43,805 bases of DNA from Euryarchaeota archaeon UBA173 (GTDB taxonomy: Archaea > Thermoplasmatota > Poseidoniia > Poseidoniales > Thalassarchaeaceae): NCBI GenBank assembly GCA_002498925.1, contig DAJH01000040.1, positions 1 through 43,805 of the forward strand. The letters are read 5' to 3'. Below the pieces are notes generated by a model. The model saw only the letters and a program-made list of their open reading frames with translations. It was not told the DNA's origin and searched no databases. Shown here in pieces: positions 8,238 to 17,270 of the stretch. A program made the position numbers and the translations under genes. How positions within the stretch are numbered: position 1 is the stretch's first letter; each line of letters starts with the position of its first letter.

Positions 8238-11200
8238 ATGAGGCGAAAGCAGACTGCGGCATTCATCACGCTACTTCTACTCAGCAGCCTCGCCTTTGTA
8301 TCGCAGACCCGACCACAGTCTCCGGTCTCTTCCACGGACCCCACAGAGGCATTGGGTGGAGCCCCTCCAGCCACTGACGCGGATGAAGATCAGATACCCG
8401 ATCAGTATGAATCAATACACGGCATCGTAGTGGTAATCGACACTCCCGACGGCAGTGTGAATGTCAAGGGCTTAGACATGAATAATGGTACTGACAATAT
8501 GACGGATCACGATAGGGATGGCGCGCCTGCACTTTTGGAGTATTGCTGGCCCTACACTCTGGACAAGTGCTTCACAGATCGTCTCTCTCTGACAGGCAAA
8601 CCCCCTGAGTTAACTGAATCTGGAAAGAGGGAGTATCTCGATCCCACTAACTCGGATTCTGATGGTGATGGCCTTCCAGATGGATATGAAATTCACATGT
8701 GTACAGAAGGGGGATTGGGATACATCAACGCTTCGAACGCGTGGACTTGTCTTTGGTTCGACCCACTGGATCCCTCTGACGAGGTCGAGGATATTGATCG
8801 CTGCCAGGATTTCACCTTTGGATGCGGGGATGGATTCGACGTAAATCGAGATGGCTCTATCGACGTCACGGAGAGCTATACCAACTCTGAGGAGTACTCC
8901 TTTGGAATTCCCGAAGGTTGGGTCACAGAGAGAGATGGCTTGTGGTGTGCAGGTGAGATTCCGGGACTCAGTCCGGACTCCTGTCAGGTAGGGGAACAAA
9001 GGCCCACAGGTGACAGCGGATGGCTGGGAAGCGATCCTACGGACCCAGACTCCGATCACTATACTTGGTCGGAAATTATTGCGACCGGACTAGTGGTCCC
9101 GGGGGACGGCATCCCTGATGGATGGGAAGTTCACTATGGGCTAGACCCTAGAAATGCGAGCGACGCCATTGAAGACTCAGACAGCGATGGCTGGGATTTG
9201 GATCGTGACGGTTTCGTAATTCCGGATACGTCCACCTCTACTGCTCAATGGGGAGAGGCATTCAGTAACTACGAGGAATACATGACTTACTTTGACGATG
9301 GAGCATGGGTTACTCCGGGACTCAGAGGGACTCCGATGTCTGACCATGAGGGAGAAGTAATTACCTTCGATCAATCTACATCCCCCGGTCTGGTTGACGG
9401 ATCCGTACATTCGCTGATCAGCGATTCGGGAAGGGACCGACTACTGGTCGGCTCAAAATTTGGAATCACTGCAATAGATCCATTCGGAGGATCAGTCTCC
9501 CGTCATAACCTCCCCTCTGGAATGGAGATGAATACTATGATGAGGTGGACAGTTGGCGACTCACAATTCCTGATTGTCGGGACCAACTCGGGTATTCACT
9601 GCCTTTCCATGGATAGTGGTTTACCAGTAATTTCCTCACTATCAGACTCCAATATTGGTTCAGTACATTCGATTCTCAAGTTAGAAACCGGAAGTAGCGA
9701 CTTAGACCTTCTGGCATTCGGAAAAAACTCTGCATGGTCTCTGTCATTCACCCAAGATGGCGATTCCGGGAATGGACACTGCCTTGGCGACGGCATCTCA
9801 ATTTCTATTACCGAACCAGCTCCTGTTATTGCATTGAATGAAGTTTTTGAAGAATCCAAGACATCTGCAAATACGGCCATCCACGTCCCAGTCTCTGGCA
9901 GAGGCCCCCTTCTTCTTGTTGGAACTGATTTCGGACTGATCGGATGGAATACCACTGATACATTGACATCTGCAGGGGATCCTTGGTGGGTCTTCGATCA
10001 GGAGAATGCGGAGGACTTCGTCCAACGTGCGGATCTACTGAATGAATCAAAGTCTGCTATAGTCAACACAATGGAGGTTGCTGGACCAAGACAGCCAGGA
10101 GGGGGCGTGGAGGAGGTGACTGGAATTTGGCTCGGTACTGCAGGAGGTCTGCATTTGGTGGACCTCAGTACGTTTTTCCAAATGCCGTATTCTTCGATCA
10201 GTAGTGAAAGAATGTACAATCTTGATAGATGGGCGGAGGGAGCAAATGACGTTCACTCTGTACTTTCTTACAATGGGATGGTCGTAATTGGTTCTAGGGA
10301 CGGCACTTGGTGCCTTGAGGGCGGACATACGGGCGTTCTGGGGCTATACATGAACCAGACCAGAGTCCCTGGTTTGGTAACATCACTTGTAACGATGGAG
10401 TACGATGGAAAAAATTGGCTATTCGCTGGAGTCTCCCCGGGGAGATACATGAACATAATGCCCATCGACCCACAGTCTGCAGACTCCGACCTAGATGGGA
10501 TGCCAGATGGTTGGGAGTTTGCCTATGGGTTAGATCCGACCGACCCATATGACAGGGACAGAGATGCCGACGCTGATGGGGTCAGCTACGAATTAGCCGA
10601 TGGCACCGAATTTACAAGAGATTGGTCTAATCTGGAGGAATACAGATACATCAGTACTTCCGAATTAGGATTCAATGGTACTGATCCAAGAGATATAGAT
10701 TCTGACTCAGACGGTCTTTCCGATGGAGAGGAGTATTGGGGCTGGTTCCTTGGCCCGACATCATTCGATTGCCATTACCTGAATGAAGAGTACATTTGTG
10801 ATGAAGACTCAGGGGAACAGGCGGAAACCGTACACCTCGAAGGATGGCTGGGTTCTGGGGCTGGAGGGGGCACTGATGGCCCAACCGATCCAACAAACCA
10901 CGATACTGACGGGGACGGTATGCCCGATGGCTGGGAGATTGAGCATAGAAGATGGATCGGAGACGTCTACACCGGTGGAAATTTGTGGACCCTCGATCCA
11001 CGTAATCCGAATGATGCAGACGCAGACGCGGATGGAGACGGGCTGTCTAACCTCTGTGAGTATATGTGGGGGAATCTGTTGGAAACGGTCCTTAGGGAAG
11101 GCCTCCCCTCTCATGGCGAATCAAACGAGTCAGCCTCATCATGGGTCAAGACTGACCCTAACAACATCGACTCGGACGGAGACAGCCTTCCAGATGGCTG

Positions 11201-13982
11201 GGAGGCTAGGTACACTTGTACATGGAACAAGGAAAACAAGGGCATCAATCCACTTAACGGATCCGACTACCTAAATAATCCAGATTCGGATGGATATGAT
11301 GTCAATCATGATGGCGTCCTATCCCTCGATGAGCAGTTTGTAAACTGGCTCGAATATCACATCAAGTCAGAAATCATGTACGGCTCGATGACATCCTCGG
11401 GTATCGCCTATCCAGAGAACTTCACCACTTCACTTTGGAATGAGACTTGGCAGGATCTTGCAGAGGGCTCTTTCGGGGATTTTACAAGCCCTTCTTATCA
11501 GAGCCTCGTGAATGGAACGACTACCCGGGATGTCGGCTCTGCAAATCCACTTTCTGCTGATTCAGACAGGGACGGAATGCCTGACGGCTGGGAATTCTTC
11601 CACTCTCGATGGAGCCTGTTCGATGAAGAATGGACGTTGAACCCAGTCGATGAGAGAGATCAGACTGGAGACCCAGATGGGGATGGCATGAATAACTGGG
11701 AAGAATACAACTCAATCGATGGAAATCTCAGTGAGACGGACAATCTAGTAACCTCGCCTCAGTTTTATCTCCTATCTGTGGGCGGTGAATTGCTTGCCAC
11801 CCCCTGGCTTTCAGCAGAGTCGTCCCTCTCTTTCGGGACATTCATCTCGGACGAGCAGAGGAACCTTACTGGCTTGACCGCGGACCCTAATGATCCAGAC
11901 ACAGATAACGATGGCCTACTCGACGGTATTGAGCTGATTTTCACTAGATGGAACTCAACAGATTCCGTGTGGACCCTCAACCCCCTAGTGGCAGGGGATG
12001 GAAATTACGACTCAGACATGGATGGGATAACGGATCTTGTCGAACTCAACTTGACTAACAACAATCCCGCAAATGGCGGACTATCTCCTCCTGATGCACC
12101 TAGGATGTGGGAGGAAGCGCAACAGCTAGACCCCTCCGAGGCGAACAATAGGATATACAGGATTCTATTCAACAAAGAAGGTAAAGCGCAGCTAGCAATG
12201 CAACAGTACCAGGAGTGGCTTTCTGGTGAACCGGCAGGGCCACTATTGACATACCTTCTCGGAATATCTGATCCGAATGACGAGGATACGGATAGGGACG
12301 GTATGAGTGACGGATACGAGTATTGGTTTACTGAATGGAATCTGGAAGATAACATATGGGAGATGAACCCTCTTACAGGCACTGACGTATTCAGGGATAC
12401 AGACGACGACTCCTTTGACTGCGATGGCAATGGCTTTATTTCAGACTCAGAATCATTCGACAACCTCGCCGAGTATGAATCAAGAGTTTATGGAAAGAAG
12501 ATAGCCGTAGATACGATACCGAATGAGACTGGTTTGGTTTCATATGGCGCAGATGCGATCAATGCTCAGATCGAGGAGAACGGTCTTTCATACCAAGCAG
12601 CCTTCGGCTACCTCTACTCGTCATTCATCAGCAAGAGCATAAAGTCCTCAGAGAGGATGGGGCTGATTAATTCAGTCGATTATAACAATTTCAACACAAG
12701 TCTGGCCGGAGTCAGCGACCCAACAGACGGAGACTCCGACAGGGATGGGATGCCAGACGGTTGGGAATTCTGTTACTCAATATATGGGGAATTCCTGCCT
12801 GTAAACTCATTCAGGTGGTCAATGAATCCAGTAAACTCACTGGATGTCGACTATGACCCTGACGCGGATGGCTGGTATGATAGAACATTGTCAGACTTGC
12901 CGGCCGAGCAGGGTACATGGGAGGGAAGGCAGTTCACGCCCTCGTCGATAGATAGCCAGCTAGGACAAGGCGCCCAACCTCTCTACTTCTCCAACATAAT
13001 GGAGTTTGATAATGGAACACATCCACTCGATCAAGATAGTGACGACGACTCCACGGTGATGATCCCGTTCTTCCAAGATGGCTCAGTTGTGGCATATGTC
13101 CAAGACTCCAATCTTTCAGATGGTAGGGAGGTTTTCAAGTATGGAACTAACCCTCTCGATAATGACACCGATGGAGATATGATGCCAGACTTCTATGAGT
13201 ATTACAGGGGATGGAATGAGACAAATGATAATTGGTCTTCATACTTGCAAATTTCAGTTGTCTGGTATCAGGTTACTCCCGTTGTGTGGAAGCCTGTCGA
13301 CGTTTCGTCCGGAATAATTTCCAGACCCCAATTGGATTGGGCGTGGTTTACCCATGATCCCACTGACCCCTCCGACGCAGGCCAGGATGCTGATAATGAC
13401 GGAGGTTGGGATTGCTCTAGTGGAAGTTGCGTGTACCAGCCATACAATAACTTCCAAGAGTACTTCGGAGTGGTGAACGCCTCCCTTTCGTCGCCCTCGT
13501 TGGTCCGTGAATCCAATTTGTATGACTGTTCAGGAAACTTGGTGATGGAGTGGTGGCAACTCAGGGAGGCCCTATTGGGGACATGCTCCGGAAGTGCCGC
13601 TATTTCAACAAATTACTTCCGAATGTACAAGATCAATAACGACGACCAACTCTATGCCTTTATCGTGGATGACAACGATATCGACTACGAGGAAGTCGAC
13701 AGTAGTGACGATGTTGTTATCCTAAACGGAGCTTGGGCTGACGAATTCAATAGATTTGCTGGCGACCAGTACCATCTGCCAAATACTGGGCTTGGGGAGT
13801 ATGTATTCGGATGGTGGGCTATCGATATCGATGGAGATCAGATAGCAGACGGGACTGATCCAACAAATTGGGATACAGATGGCGACTGGCTCAACGATCA
13901 CTTCGAGATAGAGGATGACTTACTTGATGGCATAAGGGGCAATAGCGGATCACCGATAAGATATGACGACCGTTCAACCTAG
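8238..13982 (+). CDS. Giant (1914 aa) secreted calcium-binding protein: more than 20 thrombospondin-type-3-like repeats flanking a 7-bladed Reg_prop-like beta-propeller
   Basis: Uninterrupted 5745-nt ORF. The signal-like N-terminus is MRRKQTAAFITLLLLSSLAFVSQ. At least 20 D-x-D-x-D-G-x-x-D-x-x-E motifs are present (DSDGDGLPDGYE, DSDLDGMPDGWE, DTDGDGMPDGWE, DSDRDGMPDGWE, DTDRDGMSDGYE and others). The central region carries seven blade-like units (LLVGSKFGITAIDP, FLIVGTNSGIHCL, LLLVGTDFGLIGW, IWLGTAGGLHLVD, VVIGSRDGTWCLE...). I see no C-terminal TM helix. Confidence 0.9.
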   Translation: MRRKQTAAFITLLLLSSLAFVSQTRPQSPVSSTDPTEALGGAPPATDADEDQIPDQYESIHGIVVVIDTPDGSVNVKGLDMNNGTDNMTDHDRDGAPALLEYCWPYTLDKCFTDRLSLTGKPPELTESGKREYLDPTNSDSDGDGLPDGYEIHMCTEGGLGYINASNAWTCLWFDPLDPSDEVEDIDRCQDFTFGCGDGFDVNRDGSIDVTESYTNSEEYSFGIPEGWVTERDGLWCAGEIPGLSPDSCQVGEQRPTGDSGWLGSDPTDPDSDHYTWSEIIATGLVVPGDGIPDGWEVHYGLDPRNASDAIEDSDSDGWDLDRDGFVIPDTSTSTAQWGEAFSNYEEYMTYFDDGAWVTPGLRGTPMSDHEGEVITFDQSTSPGLVDGSVHSLISDSGRDRLLVGSKFGITAIDPFGGSVSRHNLPSGMEMNTMMRWTVGDSQFLIVGTNSGIHCLSMDSGLPVISSLSDSNIGSVHSILKLETGSSDLDLLAFGKNSAWSLSFTQDGDSGNGHCLGDGISISITEPAPVIALNEVFEESKTSANTAIHVPVSGRGPLLLVGTDFGLIGWNTTDTLTSAGDPWWVFDQENAEDFVQRADLLNESKSAIVNTMEVAGPRQPGGGVEEVTGIWLGTAGGLHLVDLSTFFQMPYSSISSERMYNLDRWAEGANDVHSVLSYNGMVVIGSRDGTWCLEGGHTGVLGLYMNQTRVPGLVTSLVTMEYDGKNWLFAGVSPGRYMNIMPIDPQSADSDLDGMPDGWEFAYGLDPTDPYDRDRDADADGVSYELADGTEFTRDWSNLEEYRYISTSELGFNGTDPRDIDSDSDGLSDGEEYWGWFLGPTSFDCHYLNEEYICDEDSGEQAETVHLEGWLGSGAGGGTDGPTDPTNHDTDGDGMPDGWEIEHRRWIGDVYTGGNLWTLDPRNPNDADADADGDGLSNLCEYMWGNLLETVLREGLPSHGESNESASSWVKTDPNNIDSDGDSLPDGWEARYTCTWNKENKGINPLNGSDYLNNPDSDGYDVNHDGVLSLDEQFVNWLEYHIKSEIMYGSMTSSGIAYPENFTTSLWNETWQDLAEGSFGDFTSPSYQSLVNGTTTRDVGSANPLSADSDRDGMPDGWEFFHSRWSLFDEEWTLNPVDERDQTGDPDGDGMNNWEEYNSIDGNLSETDNLVTSPQFYLLSVGGELLATPWLSAESSLSFGTFISDEQRNLTGLTADPNDPDTDNDGLLDGIELIFTRWNSTDSVWTLNPLVAGDGNYDSDMDGITDLVELNLTNNNPANGGLSPPDAPRMWEEAQQLDPSEANNRIYRILFNKEGKAQLAMQQYQEWLSGEPAGPLLTYLLGISDPNDEDTDRDGMSDGYEYWFTEWNLEDNIWEMNPLTGTDVFRDTDDDSFDCDGNGFISDSESFDNLAEYESRVYGKKIAVDTIPNETGLVSYGADAINAQIEENGLSYQAAFGYLYSSFISKSIKSSERMGLINSVDYNNFNTSLAGVSDPTDGDSDRDGMPDGWEFCYSIYGEFLPVNSFRWSMNPVNSLDVDYDPDADGWYDRTLSDLPAEQGTWEGRQFTPSSIDSQLGQGAQPLYFSNIMEFDNGTHPLDQDSDDDSTVMIPFFQDGSVVAYVQDSNLSDGREVFKYGTNPLDNDTDGDMMPDFYEYYRGWNETNDNWSSYLQISVVWYQVTPVVWKPVDVSSGIISRPQLDWAWFTHDPTDPSDAGQDADNDGGWDCSSGSCVYQPYNNFQEYFGVVNASLSSPSLVRESNLYDCSGNLVMEWWQLREALLGTCSGSAAISTNYFRMYKINNDDQLYAFIVDDNDIDYEEVDSSDDVVILNGAWADEFNRFAGDQYHLPNTGLGEYVFGWWAIDIDGDQIADGTDPTNWDTDGDWLNDHFEIEDDLLDGIRGNSGSPIRYDDRST
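8649..13900 (+). repeat. Dispersed array of thrombospondin-type-3-like calcium-binding repeats; protein-level repeats inside the 1914-aa CDS
   Basis: D-x-D-x-D-G motif codons recur throughout. Exact examples start at 10483 (DSDLDGMPDGWE), 10902 (DTDGDGMPDGWE), 11559 (DSDRDGMPDGWE) and 12733 (DSDRDGMPDGWE). Nucleotide identity between copies is low, so these are conserved peptide modules and not recent DNA duplications. Confidence 0.75.
9390..10470 (+). other. Beta-propeller domain (Reg_prop-like, about 7 blades) within the 1914-aa CDS
   Basis: A periodic ~45-55 aa unit has a hydrophobic strand followed by G-[ST]-x-x-G-[LI] (for example WLGTAGGLHLVD, LVGTDFGLIGW). Boundaries are approximate. 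Confidence 0.5.
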
Positions 13983-14487
13983 AACTCTTGAGTGTACACC
14001 TCTTGGAGCTGCCATGGAAGATCCTAGTGGGATGTTGCCTGGCCCTAGTGAACCCCTTGAAGACAGGCTCCTTTTCTTGCAAGAGAACATGGTCAATTTC
14101 GTCAATCAGTACGGTCTACCAGTCGTCGAAGTAGCTCTGGTAGTTTCTAAATTCATTAGGATAATTACGGAGAAACTCGAAAACACGGCTAAAGAATCGG
14201 GCGAGGAACTACCCAAATCAATTCTAGAACCATGGCCAATAGATTCAGACGGAGACGCTCCGGCCATCGATTCTTTCCCATTAGATAGGGTTCTCGATTC
14301 AGTAGATCAAGATAGGATGGATATTTTTGATACAATCATCCGAACAATACTGAATCAAGCCGAAATTCCTTTTGCATCAGCAATTACAGTATTGAGGGAC
14401 TGGGAATCCAAGATCAGAACCCAACTAAGTGAATCGACCAGTCCGGGCCACTTATTCAGCCCCCTGAAGTTGCCAGAAGGGTTCTAA
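13963..14487 (+). CDS. Hypothetical acidic cytoplasmic protein (174 aa, or 157 aa from the alternative ATG at 14014)
   Basis: The ORF starts at an ATG 20 nt inside the end of the giant gene, which could mean translational coupling. An alternative start is MEDPSGML at 14014. No TM segment and no motif I recognise. Confidence 0.5.
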   Translation: MTTVQPRTLECTPLGAAMEDPSGMLPGPSEPLEDRLLFLQENMVNFVNQYGLPVVEVALVVSKFIRIITEKLENTAKESGEELPKSILEPWPIDSDGDAPAIDSFPLDRVLDSVDQDRMDIFDTIIRTILNQAEIPFASAITVLRDWESKIRTQLSESTSPGHLFSPLKLPEGF

Positions 14488-14819
14488 CTGCCCTGAGATT
14501 TAGCTACAATCCCGCTAGATACCCACCAAGCGTCAATAATTGACCAAATGAATATAATTGGCCAGAGAACAACTGATAGAATTAGTGGTAATTGAATCAA
14601 GAACCATCCGAGACCCTTGCGATGTTGCCGATTGAAATGCTGTCCAAGAAAAAGAAACGGGACTAGTGATAGGATAATTGTAAAAATAGGCCTCAAAGCC
14701 CCCCAAGCCCCTATTCCACCGCTCAACTCAGACCAAATTACCCCAAAAACCCCAATCGCACTAACTTCGTCATCCTCATCCTCGCTAGGCAGAATAACGA
14801 CGTAATCGTGGTCAGACAC
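14484..14819 (-). CDS. Small integral membrane protein (111 aa, about 3 TM helices)
   Basis: An acidic N-terminus (MSDHDYVVILPSEDEDDE) is followed by three hydrophobic helices (AIGVFGVIW..., IFTIILSLVPFLFL, WFLIQLPLILSVVLWPIIFIWSII). No family recognised. Confidence 0.55.
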   Translation of the reverse strand: MSDHDYVVILPSEDEDDEVSAIGVFGVIWSELSGGIGAWGALRPIFTIILSLVPFLFLGQHFNRQHRKGLGWFLIQLPLILSVVLWPIIFIWSIIDAWWVSSGIVAKSQGS

Positions 14820-14903
14820 GAGTGTTGGAAGAGGCAGGGTGGAATGAATATGACGTTCCCGAGATGCGAAAATGACAACTTACTACACCCTCTCGCGTAC
14901 TCC

Positions 14904-15878
14904 ATGGCTCTGCCTAGGGTGCTGTTAACGGGATTCCAGCCATTCCATAATAATGAGGAAAACATATCCGAAGAAGTAGTCAGGAGATTCAGCCGGACCG
15001 GACTTAAGGGGGTCGATCTTTCGACCATGGTTCTAAGCGTCGATGAGAGAGGGTCTAGGAAATGCTCGGAAATCCTGGGCATTGACGACTCCCTTGATGC
15101 CATAATTCATCTTGGACTTTCAGAGAGCAGAGATAAAGTCAGCTTGGAGGCAATCGCAAAAAACCTTCTTGAAATGTCCAAGCCTGATAACTCGGGCAGG
15201 ATGGTTCGCGGATCAAAAATTGTACACGGTGCCCCCGATTCACTAAAGATTACAGCCCCAATACACGTTTTGGATGAGGAGTTTGAGCATGATGAAAGAG
15301 TTGCATGGAGCGAGGATGCGGGAGGATTCGTCTGTAACGAGACCCTCTTCAGAACCCTAGAGGCTAAAGGTAATGGGGGAACGAAGGTAATTTTCGTCCA
15401 TTTACCAAAAAAAACTCACATCAGAATGAGTGATCAAATTGATATTGTAAGTAGGGTAATTAGGTGCCTCTCGATAAAGCCACTGTATAGGGTCGTAGGC
15501 GCATTACTCAACGAACCCCGGGGAAAAATTCTGGCTTGTAGAAGACCCGAGGGAGACGCATGGGCCGGTTGGTGGGAATTCCCAGGGGGAAAGATCGAGG
15601 AAGGAGAGTCCCAAGAACAAGCCGTGGTCAGGGAAATCGAAGAGGAATTGGGAATTTCTGTCACCCCTCAATCATGTGTGGCCCAAATCTCCCATGACTA
15701 TGGCGACAGAGATGTTGAATTATTCATTTGGAAGTGTGCGGCTGTTGACCCTGGTGCAATTTCTCCTTCGGAACATGATGAAACACAATGGGTCTCTCAA
15801 GATGAATTGATGAATCTAAAATGGCTTCCTGCGGACCTGCCACTCGTACAAGAATGGGCCTCATCAGGAATTCCCTAA
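14904..15878 (+). CDS. Fusion protein: pyrrolidone-carboxylate (pyroglutamyl) peptidase I domain plus MutT-type Nudix hydrolase domain
   Basis: The N-terminal half matches peptidase C15: RVLLTGFQPF, catalytic Glu context SLEAIAKN, catalytic Cys in AGGFVCNE (Cys codon 15333-15335), His in VIFVHLP. The C-terminal half carries a canonical MutT Nudix box WEFPGGKIEEGESQEQAVVREIEEELGI (G-G-K starts at 15585). The start is uncertain: ATG 14904 (MALPRVLL) is preferred, while the longest ORF begins at 14808 and would overlap the divergent upstream gene. Confidence 0.8.
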   Translation: MALPRVLLTGFQPFHNNEENISEEVVRRFSRTGLKGVDLSTMVLSVDERGSRKCSEILGIDDSLDAIIHLGLSESRDKVSLEAIAKNLLEMSKPDNSGRMVRGSKIVHGAPDSLKITAPIHVLDEEFEHDERVAWSEDAGGFVCNETLFRTLEAKGNGGTKVIFVHLPKKTHIRMSDQIDIVSRVIRCLSIKPLYRVVGALLNEPRGKILACRRPEGDAWAGWWEFPGGKIEEGESQEQAVVREIEEELGISVTPQSCVAQISHDYGDRDVELFIWKCAAVDPGAISPSEHDETQWVSQDELMNLKWLPADLPLVQEWASSGIP

Positions 15879-16393
15879 TCCTCTTCACCAATCGTTGGAC
15901 GTCCCCTTTTGTCGAACCACTCACTTGGCGTACCATCCTCGGACATCGAAAGGTCATCACCAGCCCTCCTTGGAATTGAAGACCGCCCCTGGTGCCATGT
16001 AATATCCTCTATCCAATGGTCGATATCTTCCCCTCGAATCGATATCTCAATAGTTCCGCCCGTAGTTCGTTCGTCCAAGGAGAATGAGATCTTTCCAACT
16101 AGCGCTGCCTGTCTGGAAATCGAGAAATCGGTGAGATTTCCTCCTTCCATGTCAAGAGTCATGGCATCGAGTGCGGTATCCAAAATTCTTTGCTCAGATA
16201 TCGCTTCTAGGAACTTGTCCAAAGACTGGGAATTGCCAAACAATACATCCGCCGAACCTTCGTGAGGAAAACTCCTCTTCCCTACCTCATTGGTTGGAGA
16301 CCAGTCTGGAAATATATTCCTCACTGACAAAATTACCTTCTTGGGATCTTCATGGGGCTGGACGATGGTTGACACCCTGATATCAGGCTCCAT
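15875..16393 (-). CDS. UPF0201/COG1931-family predicted RNA-binding protein with a C-terminal extension
   Basis: IRVSTIVQPHEDPKKVILSVRNIFP, ISEQRILDTALD and SRQAALVGKISFSL match the conserved blocks of archaeal UPF0201 proteins (V-x-PTED-x-x-KV..., REQRILDAAR, KQ-A-x-VG-x-[IV]SF). Start chosen at MEPDIRV (16393); the longest ORF reaches 16441. Confidence 0.7.
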   Translation of the reverse strand: MEPDIRVSTIVQPHEDPKKVILSVRNIFPDWSPTNEVGKRSFPHEGSADVLFGNSQSLDKFLEAISEQRILDTALDAMTLDMEGGNLTDFSISRQAALVGKISFSLDERTTGGTIEISIRGEDIDHWIEDITWHQGRSSIPRRAGDDLSMSEDGTPSEWFDKRGRPTIGEED

Positions 16394-16453
16394 GGTTCTT
16401 CGAGTCCACTGCTGCTCATGAGTTCTCTCCAAAGAACTCAACCAAGAGCGCGA

Positions 16454-17224
16454 ATGATTGAAACAGTAATCGAACGGGGGAGGGCTATGACTGAGCGCTC
16501 CTCGTCCATGAGTGTGGCATTATTGCTCGCCCCAACTCTGTGCGTAGTTTCAGTAAGATTCGGGCTTCCGGCCCTTGATGAGGTGATTTCCGAAGACTCG
16601 TTATTGGAGATTGGAATACATTCTGCAGCCGTAATATTAGGGCTGCTGATGTTCCTTAGGTATAGGAGGGTCGAAGATCATGAATACCACAGGTCTAGGG
16701 TCATCAAGGGCCTTTCAAGGACATACAAGAGTGAGGACAGAGGGCTTTGGGAGGATAAGGCAGATCGTGCACTGGAGAGGTTAGAATCTGGCTCTGTAGC
16801 AAAATCTAGGAAATCATCTATGAGATCAAGGGAAAGGATGTCAGGCACTGTGGGGTCCCTGAACTCCGAGATGACTGAAACTGAGATAGGCGACGATTTC
16901 GAGGCAGATGTCAGGGTTTCCGGAGTTCAGACAATTGTCGATGAGGACAAGGTCAAGGAGGAGTCAAAACCAAGGGGACCGTCATTTTCTTCCAGAATTG
17001 GATCAATCATGGACTCGTCAGCTAGGAGGAGAATCGAGAAGAATAAGGCCAAGCAGGAAAAGAGGAAGGCCAAAATCGAAGCTAAGAAATCTTCCTCAAA
17101 TAGCGAGTGGGATGCGCCCGTCACGTCCACTATGGCTAGATCGGTTGTTTCATGCAGACAATGTGGAAACCTGAATAATAGCGGCGTTCAGTACTGCTCT
17201 TCCTGCGGGGATTTCTTGGTCTAG
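16454..17224 (+). CDS. Membrane protein with a Lys/Arg-rich linker and C-terminal zinc ribbon
   Basis: Two N-terminal hydrophobic helices (SVALLLAPTLCVVSV, HSAAVILGLLMFL). A charged linker (RRRIEKNKAKQEKRKAKIEAKK). The terminal C-x2-C-x11-C-x2-C reads CRQCGNLNNSGVQYCSSCGDFLV. Start uncertain, with candidates at 16418, 16454 and 16487. Confidence 0.55.
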   Translation: MIETVIERGRAMTERSSSMSVALLLAPTLCVVSVRFGLPALDEVISEDSLLEIGIHSAAVILGLLMFLRYRRVEDHEYHRSRVIKGLSRTYKSEDRGLWEDKADRALERLESGSVAKSRKSSMRSRERMSGTVGSLNSEMTETEIGDDFEADVRVSGVQTIVDEDKVKEESKPRGPSFSSRIGSIMDSSARRRIEKNKAKQEKRKAKIEAKKSSSNSEWDAPVTSTMARSVVSCRQCGNLNNSGVQYCSSCGDFLV

Positions 17225-17270
17225 TGGGGAACGGTTGAAAGCACCCAGTAATGAGCCCGTGGTCGATAAC

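Noticed and set aside
8610-13516. Numerous 60-163-aa alternative-frame and antisense ORFs inside the 1914-aa gene, for example 8610-9059, 10783-11274 and 12005-12463
   Set aside because: All are nested in a single 5745-nt ORF with a coherent repeat architecture, and none shows a recognisable motif.
8649-13900. Possibility that the recurring GAY-NNN-GAY-NNN-GAY-GGN stretches are a DNA-level tandem repeat, CRISPR-like array or mobile-element remnant
   Set aside because: Spacing is irregular. Nucleotide identity between copies is low while the peptide motif is conserved. Everything is in one reading frame. These are protein-level calcium-binding repeats.
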